The translations under genes and the position numbers were made by a program. DNA of 64,000 nt, taken from Candidatus Omnitrophota bacterium. Lineage in GTDB: Bacteria; Omnitrophota; Gorgyraeia; Gygaellales; Profunditerraquicolaceae. Each line of letters opens with the position of its first letter. Within the stretch, counting starts at the first letter, position 1. Positions 16,395 to 25,453 of this stretch are shown one piece after another. The notes under the pieces are model-generated. The model searched no databases. It was not told the DNA's origin and saw nothing but the letters and a program-made list of their open reading frames with translations. Location: NCBI GenBank assembly GCA_963805065.1, contig CAWDSS010000010.1, positions 920,359 through 984,358 of the forward strand. The letters run 5' to 3'.

Positions 16395-18215
16395 ATGAAG
16401 ATAACCCTTAAAGAATGGATTTTATTTATTTCGATTGCGCTTTTGTGCGCAGGCACCTGGTTTAAATTTGGCTACCGTCAGTTATCTTTTGTGGATTTAA
16501 CCGTAAACAGGCAGGAAGCCCTGAACAAGGCTGAATCTAAGGTCCGTTCATTGGGAGTGAACCCCGGGGAATATTCCAAAGCTGTTGTATTCCAAAGCGA
16601 CGAGTGGGCAGATAGGTACCTGCAAAAGACAGCCGGCGAAAATTACGAAGAAGCATTTATAAAACAGCACGGCTTTGATTTATTTTTCTGGAAGATAAGG
16701 TTGTTTAAGGATTTTCAGAAAGAAGAATACATTATCAAAGTCAGCTCTGCTTCAGGCAAGATCATAAGTTTTGAGCACCTTTTAGATGACGTTGCCCCAG
16801 GCAATATTATCGATAAAGACACTGCCAAAAATAATGCCCGGGAATTCCTGAAACAAACATTCCGGATTAATTTTGATGAGTTCGATTTCCATGAAGAAAA
16901 GGTAAAGCGTTACGATAAGCGCACTGATTATACTTTTTCCTGGGAAAAGAAGGGTGTATATATCCCGTGGAAGAAAGATGAAGGAGGAGCCAAGCTTCTT
17001 GTGGGAGCCACCATCTCGGGAGACAAGGTGGAACAGTTCTATAAAAACAAGCTTGATGTGCCTGAGAAATTCCGCCGCTACGTAGAAAAACAGCTGGGCT
17101 TCGGCGAATACCTTTACAGTTTTTATTTTATCGTATTTATGCTTTTGGTTATCGTATCGACATTCATCGTTGTGAGGAAAAGGTCCGATGTAATTATGCG
17201 CTCCTGTAAAAGATGGTTTTTATATTTGGCGGCATTTATTGTATTGGCTAATTTTGTGTTCGTGTTCAACAATATCCAGAGCGTATTGATTTATTATTAC
17301 ACCAGCGTATCTTTGGTATCGTTTATGGGCACCTATTTTGTAAAAGAGCTGATTAATTCTTTATTGCTGGGGGCAACGCTTGTAATTGCGGGGCTTGCGG
17401 GAGAATCAATACGCAATGATGTGTTTAAGTCCAAACCCCACATTTCATTTTTACACTATTTGAGATCGACTTTTTATTGCCGGACAGTCAGCAGGGCAAT
17501 TTTCCTGGGTTATATTTTGTTTGTGATATTGATAGGGATACAGGCTGTCCTGTTTCATATCGGCCAAAAGTACCTCGGTGTTTGGAAAGAATGGTTTCGC
17601 ATGGCGCAATTCTCCTCGGCGTATCTTCCTTTTTTAAGCGCCTGCGCAATAGGCCTAAATGCAAGTTTTAACGAGGAAATAATGTACCGGCTGTTTGGCA
17701 TAACTTGGGGGAAAAAATACCTTAAGAATACGGCTCTGGTAATTATATTGACTTCTGTGATCTGGGGGTTCGGGCATGCGCAATATGCGGTATTCCCGGT
17801 GTGGTTTCGGGGAATTGAAGTAAGCACGCTCGGCCTGCTATACGGTTTTATATTCATAAAGTACGGGCTGATACCTTTGCTTGTGTCGCATTACCTGTTT
17901 GATGTTTTCTGGGGTGTGGCAGCGTACTTACTGGGGCATACTACAACTTATCTATTTACCAGTTCTCTATTAATCTTTGCTATTCCCTTTATATTTGCCT
18001 GCATTGCTTATTTCATGAATAAAGATGAACGGGAAAAAGACATCAGTATTTTGCTTAACAATGAACAAAGGTATAATTTAGGGATTCTGCTAACCTATAT
18101 ACGCGCCAGGAAATCCGAAGGGTATGGTGCTTCGGCAATCAAGAATGAGCTTATAAAAAATAATTGGGATGCGGAGCTTGTAGCATTAGCCATAGGCGAG
18201 GTCTTTAATGCCTGA
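16395..18215 (+). CDS. CPBP-family (CAAX/Abi) intramembrane metalloprotease with an N-terminal extracytoplasmic domain
   Basis: Multi-TM protein with EEIMYR (EExxxR), FGHAQY (FxxxH) and HYLFD (HxxxD/N) motifs. Confidence 0.7.
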   Translation: MKITLKEWILFISIALLCAGTWFKFGYRQLSFVDLTVNRQEALNKAESKVRSLGVNPGEYSKAVVFQSDEWADRYLQKTAGENYEEAFIKQHGFDLFFWKIRLFKDFQKEEYIIKVSSASGKIISFEHLLDDVAPGNIIDKDTAKNNAREFLKQTFRINFDEFDFHEEKVKRYDKRTDYTFSWEKKGVYIPWKKDEGGAKLLVGATISGDKVEQFYKNKLDVPEKFRRYVEKQLGFGEYLYSFYFIVFMLLVIVSTFIVVRKRSDVIMRSCKRWFLYLAAFIVLANFVFVFNNIQSVLIYYYTSVSLVSFMGTYFVKELINSLLLGATLVIAGLAGESIRNDVFKSKPHISFLHYLRSTFYCRTVSRAIFLGYILFVILIGIQAVLFHIGQKYLGVWKEWFRMAQFSSAYLPFLSACAIGLNASFNEEIMYRLFGITWGKKYLKNTALVIILTSVIWGFGHAQYAVFPVWFRGIEVSTLGLLYGFIFIKYGLIPLLVSHYLFDVFWGVAAYLLGHTTTYLFTSSLLIFAIPFIFACIAYFMNKDEREKDISILLNNEQRYNLGILLTYIRARKSEGYGASAIKNELIKNNWDAELVALAIGEVFNA

Positions 18216-18235
18216 TTTGGGATTAAAATATTAAA

Positions 18236-19135
18236 ATGAGCATAATCGTTTTGGGAACAGTTGCGCTGGATTCGGTAAAGACGCCATTTGGCCAGAGAAA
18301 GCATATGCTGGGAGGCTCTGCGGTGCATTTTGCCATGGCTGCCCGCCTGTTTACCAACGTCAACCTCGTAGCCATTGTGGGAAGGGATTTTCCGGCTGAG
18401 CATATAAATTTCCTGCGTAAGAAAGGAATCATCCTGACTTCTTTAATCAAAGACAAAGGAAAGACTTTCAGGTGGGAAGGCCGATACGAAGGTGATTTAA
18501 ACTCAGCACTAACCTTAAGCACGGAATTAGGCGTGCTTTCGGCGTTTAAGCCGAGTGTGTCTTGGGAGCAGAGAAAAATAAAAAACATATTTTTGGCCAA
18601 TGTTGATCCCGACATTCAAAGGCATCTTTTAGCCAGCATGCATTCTCCTGCGTTGGTAGGTTTAGACAGCATGAATTACTGGATAAGCCATAAGCGTAGG
18701 TCCTTATTAAATTTACTAAAGCAGGTGCATATTTACGTAGCCAACGACCAGGAAGCCAGGGTTTTGTCGGGGGAAGTTAATCTTATCAAGGCTGCTAAAC
18801 GCCTGTATACTTACGGCCCCAGGATGATATTGATTAAAAAGGGCGAACACGGCGTCCTATTTTTTAGCGATAAATTTATCTTTTCTTTACCGGCTTACCC
18901 AACGGATAAAGTTATTGATCCAACAGGCGCGGGTGATACATTTGCCGGTGCATTTATGGGGTATCTTGCCAGGCCTAAGAAAATAAATGAAACTGTCCTT
19001 AAGAAAGCCGTTGCCTATGGAACAGTAGCAGCTTCTTTTAACGTAGAAGATTTCGGCCTGAATAAAACAGCCAGGCTTACTATGGGCGATTTGGAAAACC
19101 GGCTCAAAGGTTTTAAGAAAATAGTTTCATTTTAA
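18236..19135 (+). CDS. PfkB-family carbohydrate/nucleoside kinase
   Basis: C-terminal DPTGAGDTFAGAF motif; 299 aa. Confidence 0.8.
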   Translation: MSIIVLGTVALDSVKTPFGQRKHMLGGSAVHFAMAARLFTNVNLVAIVGRDFPAEHINFLRKKGIILTSLIKDKGKTFRWEGRYEGDLNSALTLSTELGVLSAFKPSVSWEQRKIKNIFLANVDPDIQRHLLASMHSPALVGLDSMNYWISHKRRSLLNLLKQVHIYVANDQEARVLSGEVNLIKAAKRLYTYGPRMILIKKGEHGVLFFSDKFIFSLPAYPTDKVIDPTGAGDTFAGAFMGYLARPKKINETVLKKAVAYGTVAASFNVEDFGLNKTARLTMGDLENRLKGFKKIVSF

Positions 19136-19156
19136 AAAACAAAATAGGGGGCTAAG

Positions 19157-19615
19157 ATGATGGAAGAAAAAATACTCAATGATTACAAAGAGGCGATGAA
19201 GGCAAGAGACGCCATTAAAAGTTCTATGTTGAGTTTACTGCGGGCGGATATGATGAATGCAGCAGTGGCAAAGAAGAAAAAAAACTTAGACGATGCGGAA
19301 GTTATGGCCGTAATCAAGAAACAAATCAAGCAGCACCAGGATTCCATTGAGCAGTTTACCAAAGGCAATCGCCTTGATATGGTTGATAAGGAGAAAAAGG
19401 AGCTGGAAATTTTAAAAACTTACCTTCCGCCGGAGCTTCCAGAAATAGAAATTAACAAGATTATTGAAGAGGCAATTATCACTACCGAGGCCAAAGACGC
19501 CAAAGACATGGGTAAGGTTATGAAAGAGGTTAATGCCAAAATAGCAGGCCAGGCCGACGGGAAACTGGTAAGCGATTTGGTAAGGGCGCGCCTTTCCCCG
19601 AAACCCAGCGCGTAA
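19157..19615 (+). CDS. GatB/YqeY domain protein
   Basis: 152 aa with typical YqeY sequence (YKEAMKARD, KKQIKQHQDSIEQF, LKTYLP). Confidence 0.85.
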   Translation: MMEEKILNDYKEAMKARDAIKSSMLSLLRADMMNAAVAKKKKNLDDAEVMAVIKKQIKQHQDSIEQFTKGNRLDMVDKEKKELEILKTYLPPELPEIEINKIIEEAIITTEAKDAKDMGKVMKEVNAKIAGQADGKLVSDLVRARLSPKPSA

Positions 19616-19705
19616 TTTATATAGACAATAATATTTAACTGTGTTAATATACTGCTTCTTCCTGTTTATAATCCTTAATCAATATTAGTAAGCTCGCGTT
19701 TTGTT

Positions 19706-20803
19706 ATGGAAACTTATTTTCTCCTTCACGAAGACATCTTCAAATTCTATGAGCGCATAGCTTCACAGTTCCAACTATATGTCCCTGTCCGCATAAAATC
19801 TGTTATTGAAGTAAAGTGCGATTATGGATTTAACCAGCCTGGCGAAGATTACCTGCTTAAGAAATATTCCGACGTCAATAAAGATACAATAGTCTTTAAT
19901 GAATACCGCGGCATTGACCCCGTAGCCCGTAATTTCTTTACCCATTTAAAGGAAGAGATTTGTGAATATTTCCAGCCGCAAGACGCCAAGAGGAAAGAAA
20001 AACCGGTTGCTATAAGTGGAGTGAAAAATTGCGATTTATTTTCCTCTAAGATTCAGGACTTTGTTTTTCTGCAAGGCAAAGAAGAAGACCAAGTTTATAA
20101 AACCAGAAGAGAAAACGCACTGATAATTTCCAGCGACTGCCCGAATTTCAAAGAAGTTTGTTTTTGCAGGGCATTTGATATAAATCCGCATGCAACAGAA
20201 GGTTTTGACTTTAATTTATCTCCCTTGAACAATGGCTACCTGGTTGATGTTGCTTCTCTAAAGGCAAAAAAAATAGCCGATTCTCTTAAAAATATCTTTA
20301 CCCCTGCAACTGCCGCCCAGCTTTCAGGAAGAAAAGCCAAAAGAGAATCTGTGATACGGCGCATGGAAGAGCATTTGGCCTGCCATAAAATCCCCAAGAA
20401 AGAGACCTTACAGGAAATAGTTTTATCAGGCTACAATTCCGCAATCTGGAAGGAACAGATGAAGACTTGTGTTGAATGCGCAGGCTGTATTTTTATCTGC
20501 GATACCTGTCATTGTTTCCTGTTGAGCGATGAGCAGTCAGCCAAAGATTCCCAGAGGCTGCGCCTTTGGGACGGCTGTTTGCTGAAGAATTTTACCAGGG
20601 TTGCCGGCGGTGCAAACCCCCTTAAGATGCGTTATATGAGGCTGCGTAACCGCTACCTTAAAAAATTTGATTTTTTTATTAGCAATGTAGGGTTTCAGGC
20701 CTGCTGCGGCTGCGGCAGGTGCATAGAAGTCTGCCCGGGAAAAATTGATATCCGTTATATATTAAGAAAGTTACATGACGAAAAATATCTACCAGCCGCT
20801 TGA
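19706..20803 (+). CDS. 4Fe-4S protein, sulfhydrogenase beta (HydB) / anaerobic sulfite reductase AsrA-like
   Basis: 365 aa with C-terminal cluster motifs CVECAGCIFICDTCHC and CCGCGRCIEVCP. RLWDGC...AGGANP...RNRYLKK matches the HydB/AsrA family as I recall it. Confidence 0.75.
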   Translation: METYFLLHEDIFKFYERIASQFQLYVPVRIKSVIEVKCDYGFNQPGEDYLLKKYSDVNKDTIVFNEYRGIDPVARNFFTHLKEEICEYFQPQDAKRKEKPVAISGVKNCDLFSSKIQDFVFLQGKEEDQVYKTRRENALIISSDCPNFKEVCFCRAFDINPHATEGFDFNLSPLNNGYLVDVASLKAKKIADSLKNIFTPATAAQLSGRKAKRESVIRRMEEHLACHKIPKKETLQEIVLSGYNSAIWKEQMKTCVECAGCIFICDTCHCFLLSDEQSAKDSQRLRLWDGCLLKNFTRVAGGANPLKMRYMRLRNRYLKKFDFFISNVGFQACCGCGRCIEVCPGKIDIRYILRKLHDEKYLPAA

Positions 20804-21593
20804 GGCTGTTATAGAAGACATCATCCAGGAAACCCCCACCATAAAGACATTTGTCTTAAAGCCGGAGTCTAACTTTTCATTCCAGACGGGTCAATTCATT
20901 GAAATGACTGTCCCGGGTTTAGGAGAAGCTCCTTTTACGCCCTCCTCCGATCCGGGTAGAAACGAAAAAATTGCTCTAACCATAATGAATGTGGGAACAG
21001 TGACTGCTAAATTACACATGATGAAAGTAGGCGAATCCATCGGTATCCGCGGGCCATACGGAAAAGGTTATCCCTTGAATGAATTTAAAGGCAAAGATGT
21101 CTTAATCGTAGGCGGAGGAGTGGGCCTGGCGCCTTTAAGGTCTTTACTCTTCGCGCTATTTTCCGACATTGATAATTATAATAAAGTAGTGTTGCGCTAC
21201 GGCTCACGTTCGCCTACAGACATAGTTTATAAGGCCTTGATACCTGAATGGGCAAAAAAAAGCAAAGTAGATGTAGTTACTTCGGTTGACGTAGGAGATC
21301 CCAGCTGGAAAGGTAATGTCGGTTTAGTAACCACCGTATTAAAGGATTTGCCGGTTGATTTAAACAATGCGGTTTGCATTGTCTGCGGCCCTCCCATAAT
21401 GATGAAATTCGTAACCTTAAAATTAATTGAATTGGGTTTCAAACCCAAAGACATATACTTGTCCATGGAAAAAAGCATGTCCTGCGGACTGGGGAAGTGC
21501 GGGCACTGCCGTATCGGGAAATACTATGCCTGTAAAGACGGCCCGGTGTTTCGCTATGAGGATTTATTGGATATATACGATATCTGGGAGTAA
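20775..21593 (+). CDS. FAD/NAD(P)-binding oxidoreductase with a C-terminal 2Fe-2S site, sulfhydrogenase gamma (HydG) / AsrB-like
   Basis: 272 aa. FNR-like fold (GQFIEMTVPG, GPYG, IVGGGVGLAPL, CGPPIM) and a C-terminal CGLGKCGHC motif. Overlaps the upstream gene by 29 nt. Confidence 0.8.
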   Translation: MTKNIYQPLEAVIEDIIQETPTIKTFVLKPESNFSFQTGQFIEMTVPGLGEAPFTPSSDPGRNEKIALTIMNVGTVTAKLHMMKVGESIGIRGPYGKGYPLNEFKGKDVLIVGGGVGLAPLRSLLFALFSDIDNYNKVVLRYGSRSPTDIVYKALIPEWAKKSKVDVVTSVDVGDPSWKGNVGLVTTVLKDLPVDLNNAVCIVCGPPIMMKFVTLKLIELGFKPKDIYLSMEKSMSCGLGKCGHCRIGKYYACKDGPVFRYEDLLDIYDIWE

Positions 21594-21685
21594 AGAACGT
21601 AAAACGCAAAACGAAAAACGCAAAACTAAGGTTCATCCTGTATAATATTTAAAACGCAAAACTGCAACGCAAAACTAAAAACGTT

Positions 21686-22195
21686 TTGAGTTTAACCTAT
21701 ATGAAACGGCTATTCATCGACTTAGATATTTGCAACAAATGCCAAGAGTGCAAGGTATGTTGCGATTATTTTTATCATCCGCAAAATAACGGAATTACGT
21801 CTTTGCGCGAGTATGCTACGTTTGCCACTATTTGCCGGCATTGCGAAGAAGCGCCCTGCGTAAACTCCTGTTATCATAATGCGCTGGAGCGTGCATCCGA
21901 CGGGCATATTAAACGTTACAAAATGCGCTGTACGAGTTGCAAATCTTGTTCTGTGGCTTGCCCCTTCGGGATAATCTTTCAGGATTTTATACCATATCTG
22001 GATTCCAGTTGCGATTATTGCGTAGGTATCAGTGATACTCTACCTAAATGCATAGCAACTTGTCCTGAAAAGGCAATAGACTTAAGGGAAGTAGAAGAGA
22101 GCCTGGAAAAAAATATATTTCTGGTAGGCGAACATCTGGCAGTACATTCTATCAAATGGTCAAGAGAGGATGCCCAGCCTCCTAAAAAGAGATGA
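21686..22195 (+). CDS. HycB/CooF-like poly-[4Fe-4S] ferredoxin subunit
   Basis: Cys motifs CRHCEEAPCVNSC, CTSCKSCSVACP and CDYC...CIATCP. The TTG start is predicted (alternative ATG at 21701). 4-nt overlap with the NuoH-like gene. Confidence 0.75.
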   Translation: MSLTYMKRLFIDLDICNKCQECKVCCDYFYHPQNNGITSLREYATFATICRHCEEAPCVNSCYHNALERASDGHIKRYKMRCTSCKSCSVACPFGIIFQDFIPYLDSSCDYCVGISDTLPKCIATCPEKAIDLREVEESLEKNIFLVGEHLAVHSIKWSREDAQPPKKR

Positions 22196-23103
22196 AATTA
22201 CTGTTAAATTATTTTATTTTTCCCGGTTTTTTATTCAGTTTAATTGTGGGATTAATTTTAGGCTGGATTGACAGGAAAGTTACAGCGCGCCTGCAGTGGA
22301 GAAAGGGGCCACCCTGGCATCAAAACTTTACCGATATCTTAAAGTTGCTGGGCAAAGAAACCATTGTCCCGCAAGGAGCAAGTGTAGCATTCTTGCTTTA
22401 CCCTTACATTGGCTTAATCGGTTTGGTTTTGGCTACCACTATCCTGGGCGCTAGTGTCCGCTCGCCATTGGGGAGTTTTAGCGCCGACTTAATAGTAGTT
22501 TTGTATTTTTTGACCATACCTGCGCTGGCTATGATTCTGGGGGCATCCAGTTCCCGTAACCCCCTGGCTTCTGTAGGCGCTTCACGGGAGATGAAAATGC
22601 TTTTGGCATATGAGTTGCCTTTTCTTCTTTGTATAATTGTGGTGATTATCAAGAGCCAGGCAACAATAAGGCTGGGCCAAATTATTGACCATCAGTTGAG
22701 GCTGGGTTCTAATCTTGCTTCTTATTCGGGAGCACTTGCATTTATTGTGGCGGTCGTGTGCATGCAGGCAAAGTTGTGTTTTGTGCCTTTTGATGCCTCT
22801 GAGGCGGAGCAGGAGATAATGGCGGGCGTATTGATAGAATATTCGGGATTGCCTTTGGCTGTATTTAAATTAACCAAGGCAATTATGTTATACACCATGC
22901 CCTTGTTCATTATCATTTTATTCTGGGCGCATGATTTAAGTCCATTGGCTTTAATCGCGAAATTTGCGGTTTTACTACTGGTTATGATTCTGATTAAGAA
23001 TACTAATCCTAGGTTACGCATTGACCAGGCATTAAGATTCTTCTGGCGCATACCAACTGTTTTAGCATTAATAGCTGTTGTACTGGCACTGTTGGGAAGA
23101 TAA
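22192..23103 (+). CDS. Hydrogenase membrane subunit, NuoH/HycD/MbhM-like
   Basis: Polytopic, 303 aa. N-terminal DRKVTARLQWRKGPPW motif of the NuoH family. Confidence 0.8.
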   Translation: MKLLLNYFIFPGFLFSLIVGLILGWIDRKVTARLQWRKGPPWHQNFTDILKLLGKETIVPQGASVAFLLYPYIGLIGLVLATTILGASVRSPLGSFSADLIVVLYFLTIPALAMILGASSSRNPLASVGASREMKMLLAYELPFLLCIIVVIIKSQATIRLGQIIDHQLRLGSNLASYSGALAFIVAVVCMQAKLCFVPFDASEAEQEIMAGVLIEYSGLPLAVFKLTKAIMLYTMPLFIIILFWAHDLSPLALIAKFAVLLLVMILIKNTNPRLRIDQALRFFWRIPTVLALIAVVLALLGR

Positions 23104-23129
23104 TGACAAATGACAAAAACCAAAGCACA

Positions 23130-23318
23130 AGCTAAATTCCAAACACCAAGCACCAAATTCCAAATAATATCCAAATTCCAATTTCCGAAAATAAAGGGGA
23201 CGTTTCTATTTTTCCTCTGCTTAGGAAACGTTAAAAATAGAAACGTCCCCTTTTCTTTCTGGAATTTTGGTAATTGGGATTTATTTGATGTTTGGGATTT
23301 GAGATTTGGAATTTAAAT
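23130..23318. repeat. Long imperfect palindrome with a perfect 21-bp core stem, filling an intra-operon gap
   Basis: Core AAAGGGGACGTTTCTATTTTT (23193-23213) pairs with AAAAATAGAAACGTCCCCTTT (23233-23253). The outer arms are rich in AAATTCCAAA / TTTGGAATTT. Confidence 0.7.
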
Positions 23319-23319
23319 T

Positions 23320-23742
23320 ATGAACTTTAAACTAAAGGCATTAACTAAATCTATTTGGATTTTTCACGTAAGCGCGGGTTCTTGCAATAACTGCGATATC
23401 GAGATCTTAGACTGCTTTACTCCCAGGCATGACGTAGAGCGTTTTGGCATTCAGCTCATAGGCTCAGTAAGGCACGCGGATGCACTTTTGGTCACAGGCA
23501 TTGTGAACAAAAAGAACATCTCCAGGCTAAAAAAAATTTATGAACAAGCACCCCAGCCCTGCCTGGTCGTAGCAGTAGGGCAATGCGCCATGTCGCAGCA
23601 TATGTTTAGGTTCAGTTACAATGCCTATCAGCCGCTGGACAAAGTTTTGCCCGTAGATTTATATATTCCGGGTTGTCCTCCTAAGCCAGAGGCAATCATC
23701 GACGGTATAGTTAAGTTAGTAACCAAATTAAGAAAGAGCTAA
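23320..23742 (+). CDS. [NiFe]-hydrogenase small subunit, NuoB/MbhJ/HycG-like
   Basis: Proximal-cluster Cys pattern (SCNNCDIE, GQCAMS, PGCPPKP); 140 aa. Confidence 0.9.
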   Translation: MNFKLKALTKSIWIFHVSAGSCNNCDIEILDCFTPRHDVERFGIQLIGSVRHADALLVTGIVNKKNISRLKKIYEQAPQPCLVVAVGQCAMSQHMFRFSYNAYQPLDKVLPVDLYIPGCPPKPEAIIDGIVKLVTKLRKS

Positions 23743-23746
23743 TGCA

Positions 23747-24172
23747 ATGGACGTAAAGTACCGCATTAAAGAAGAGCTGGGCCAGAAGATTACCCACTGG
23801 CATGAGGCCTCCAGCAGGAGAATATATTTTAACGTAGATAAAAAAGATATTTTCCGCACGGTAGAGTTTTTATTCAAAGAGCTGGGGTTAAGATTTTCCA
23901 CTGCTTCGGGTATCCAAGTTCCGCAAGGTTTTGAAATTATATATCACTTTAGTTATGACGAAGCAGGCGAGGTTTATTCCGTGAGGGTTTTAATAGAAGA
24001 TAAACAAAATCCCGAAATAGATGCCATTACGCCTATTTTTCCCGGAGCAGAATGGATGGAAAGGGAAATGTGGGAAATGTTGGGAATAAAATTTAAAGGC
24101 CATCCTAATTTGAAACGCCTGCTTTTAGCTGACGATTGGCCGGATGGCGAATTCCCCTTGAGGAACAAGTAA
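23747..24172 (+). CDS. NuoC/MbhK-like hydrogenase subunit
   Basis: 141 aa; NuoC-type C-terminal region (GAEWMEREMWEMLGIKFKGHP). Confidence 0.85.
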   Translation: MDVKYRIKEELGQKITHWHEASSRRIYFNVDKKDIFRTVEFLFKELGLRFSTASGIQVPQGFEIIYHFSYDEAGEVYSVRVLIEDKQNPEIDAITPIFPGAEWMEREMWEMLGIKFKGHPNLKRLLLADDWPDGEFPLRNK

Positions 24173-24250
24173 ATTCAAAAGGTAAAAGTAAAAAGGCAAA
24201 ACTGAGGTTCATTCTGAATAAAACTTATAAATAAAATCAGGAGTTAGATA

Positions 24251-25453
24251 ATGTCACATAAGGTTATAGTCCCAATAGGGCCGTATCATCCTTTACAGGA
24301 AGAGCCGGAATTTTTCCAGCTTTATGTCGATGGAGAAAAAGTAACTGATATAGATATCATTATCGGCTACAATCACCGGGGCATTGAGAAACTCGCGGAA
24401 TCGAAACACTATGATCAAATTGCTTATCTGGTTGAGCGTATCTGCGGGATTTGCTCTTCCAGCCACCCCTATGCTTATTGTTTGGCAGTGGAGGATATTT
24501 TAGGAGGAGAAAAAAAGGTGGTTCCAGAGAGGGCGCTTTACATACGCACTATAATTGATGAGTTGCAGCGCATTCACAGCCACCTTTTGTGGCTGGGTTT
24601 GGCAAGCCACTTCATCGGATACAATACAGTATGGATGTGGGCATGGAAATACCGCGAGCCTGTCCTGGATATGTTTGAGATGATTACCGGTAACAGGAAT
24701 AATTACGCCATGTTTAAGATTGGAGGCGTGCGCCGGGACTTAAGGGACGAAGATATTCCCATATTAAAGAAGGCATTGGATGAATTGGTGCCTGCGCTGA
24801 ATTTATTTAAAGGCGCTGTAATGGATGATCCGGTGATTCAGGCAAGGCTAAAGGGAGTAGGGATTTTAACCAAGCAGCAGGCAATTGACTGGTGTTTGGT
24901 TGGGCCGACTGCAAGGGCTTCAGGAGTAAACATTGATATCAGGCGCGATGAGCCATACGGAGCAAGCGACACTATTAACTGGAATGTCATAGTTGAGAAG
25001 GACGGAGACATATTTGCCAAAACAGTCTTAAGGATTTTGGAATTATACGAAAGTGTGAGCATGATCAGGCAGTGCCTGAATAAAATACCTAAGGGCCCTA
25101 TTGATTCCGATGTAAAAGAAATTCCTCCGGGAGAAGGAATCGGAAGAGTAGAGGCTCCGCGCGGAGAATGCATACATTATATAAAAAGTGACGGCACAAA
25201 CCGCCCCATCAGGCATAAAATACGCGCTCCCAGTTTCATGAACGTGGCTTCCAACAAGGTTTCCTGTATAGGTGGGACAATTTCAGACGCAACTATCACC
25301 CTGGCAGCAGTTGATCCTTGTTATTGCTGCACAGAGCGGGTGGCAGTGATAAAAAAATCCGATAATAAGAAAATTATGAACGGCTGGGACTTGATTAAAT
25401 TATCCCAGGAAAAAACCGCTAGCCTAAAAAAGCGAATGCATTTAAATGATTAA
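24251..25453 (+). CDS. Group-4 [NiFe]-hydrogenase large (catalytic) subunit, NuoD/MbhL/HycE-like
   Basis: N-terminal Ni-Fe ligand motif RICGICSSSH and C-terminal DPCYCCTER, followed by a 37-aa C-terminal extension. Confidence 0.9.
   Translation: MSHKVIVPIGPYHPLQEEPEFFQLYVDGEKVTDIDIIIGYNHRGIEKLAESKHYDQIAYLVERICGICSSSHPYAYCLAVEDILGGEKKVVPERALYIRTIIDELQRIHSHLLWLGLASHFIGYNTVWMWAWKYREPVLDMFEMITGNRNNYAMFKIGGVRRDLRDEDIPILKKALDELVPALNLFKGAVMDDPVIQARLKGVGILTKQQAIDWCLVGPTARASGVNIDIRRDEPYGASDTINWNVIVEKDGDIFAKTVLRILELYESVSMIRQCLNKIPKGPIDSDVKEIPPGEGIGRVEAPRGECIHYIKSDGTNRPIRHKIRAPSFMNVASNKVSCIGGTISDATITLAAVDPCYCCTERVAVIKKSDNKKIMNGWDLIKLSQEKTASLKKRMHLND

Noticed and set aside
22722-23174. A 150-aa minus-strand ORF.
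   Set aside because: It is antisense to the NuoH-like membrane subunit gene and runs into the palindrome.
23110-23316. A 68-aa ORF between the NuoH-like and NuoB-like genes.
   Set aside because: It is the read-through of a long palindrome. The peptide is low-complexity (KFQ repeats) and has no SD.
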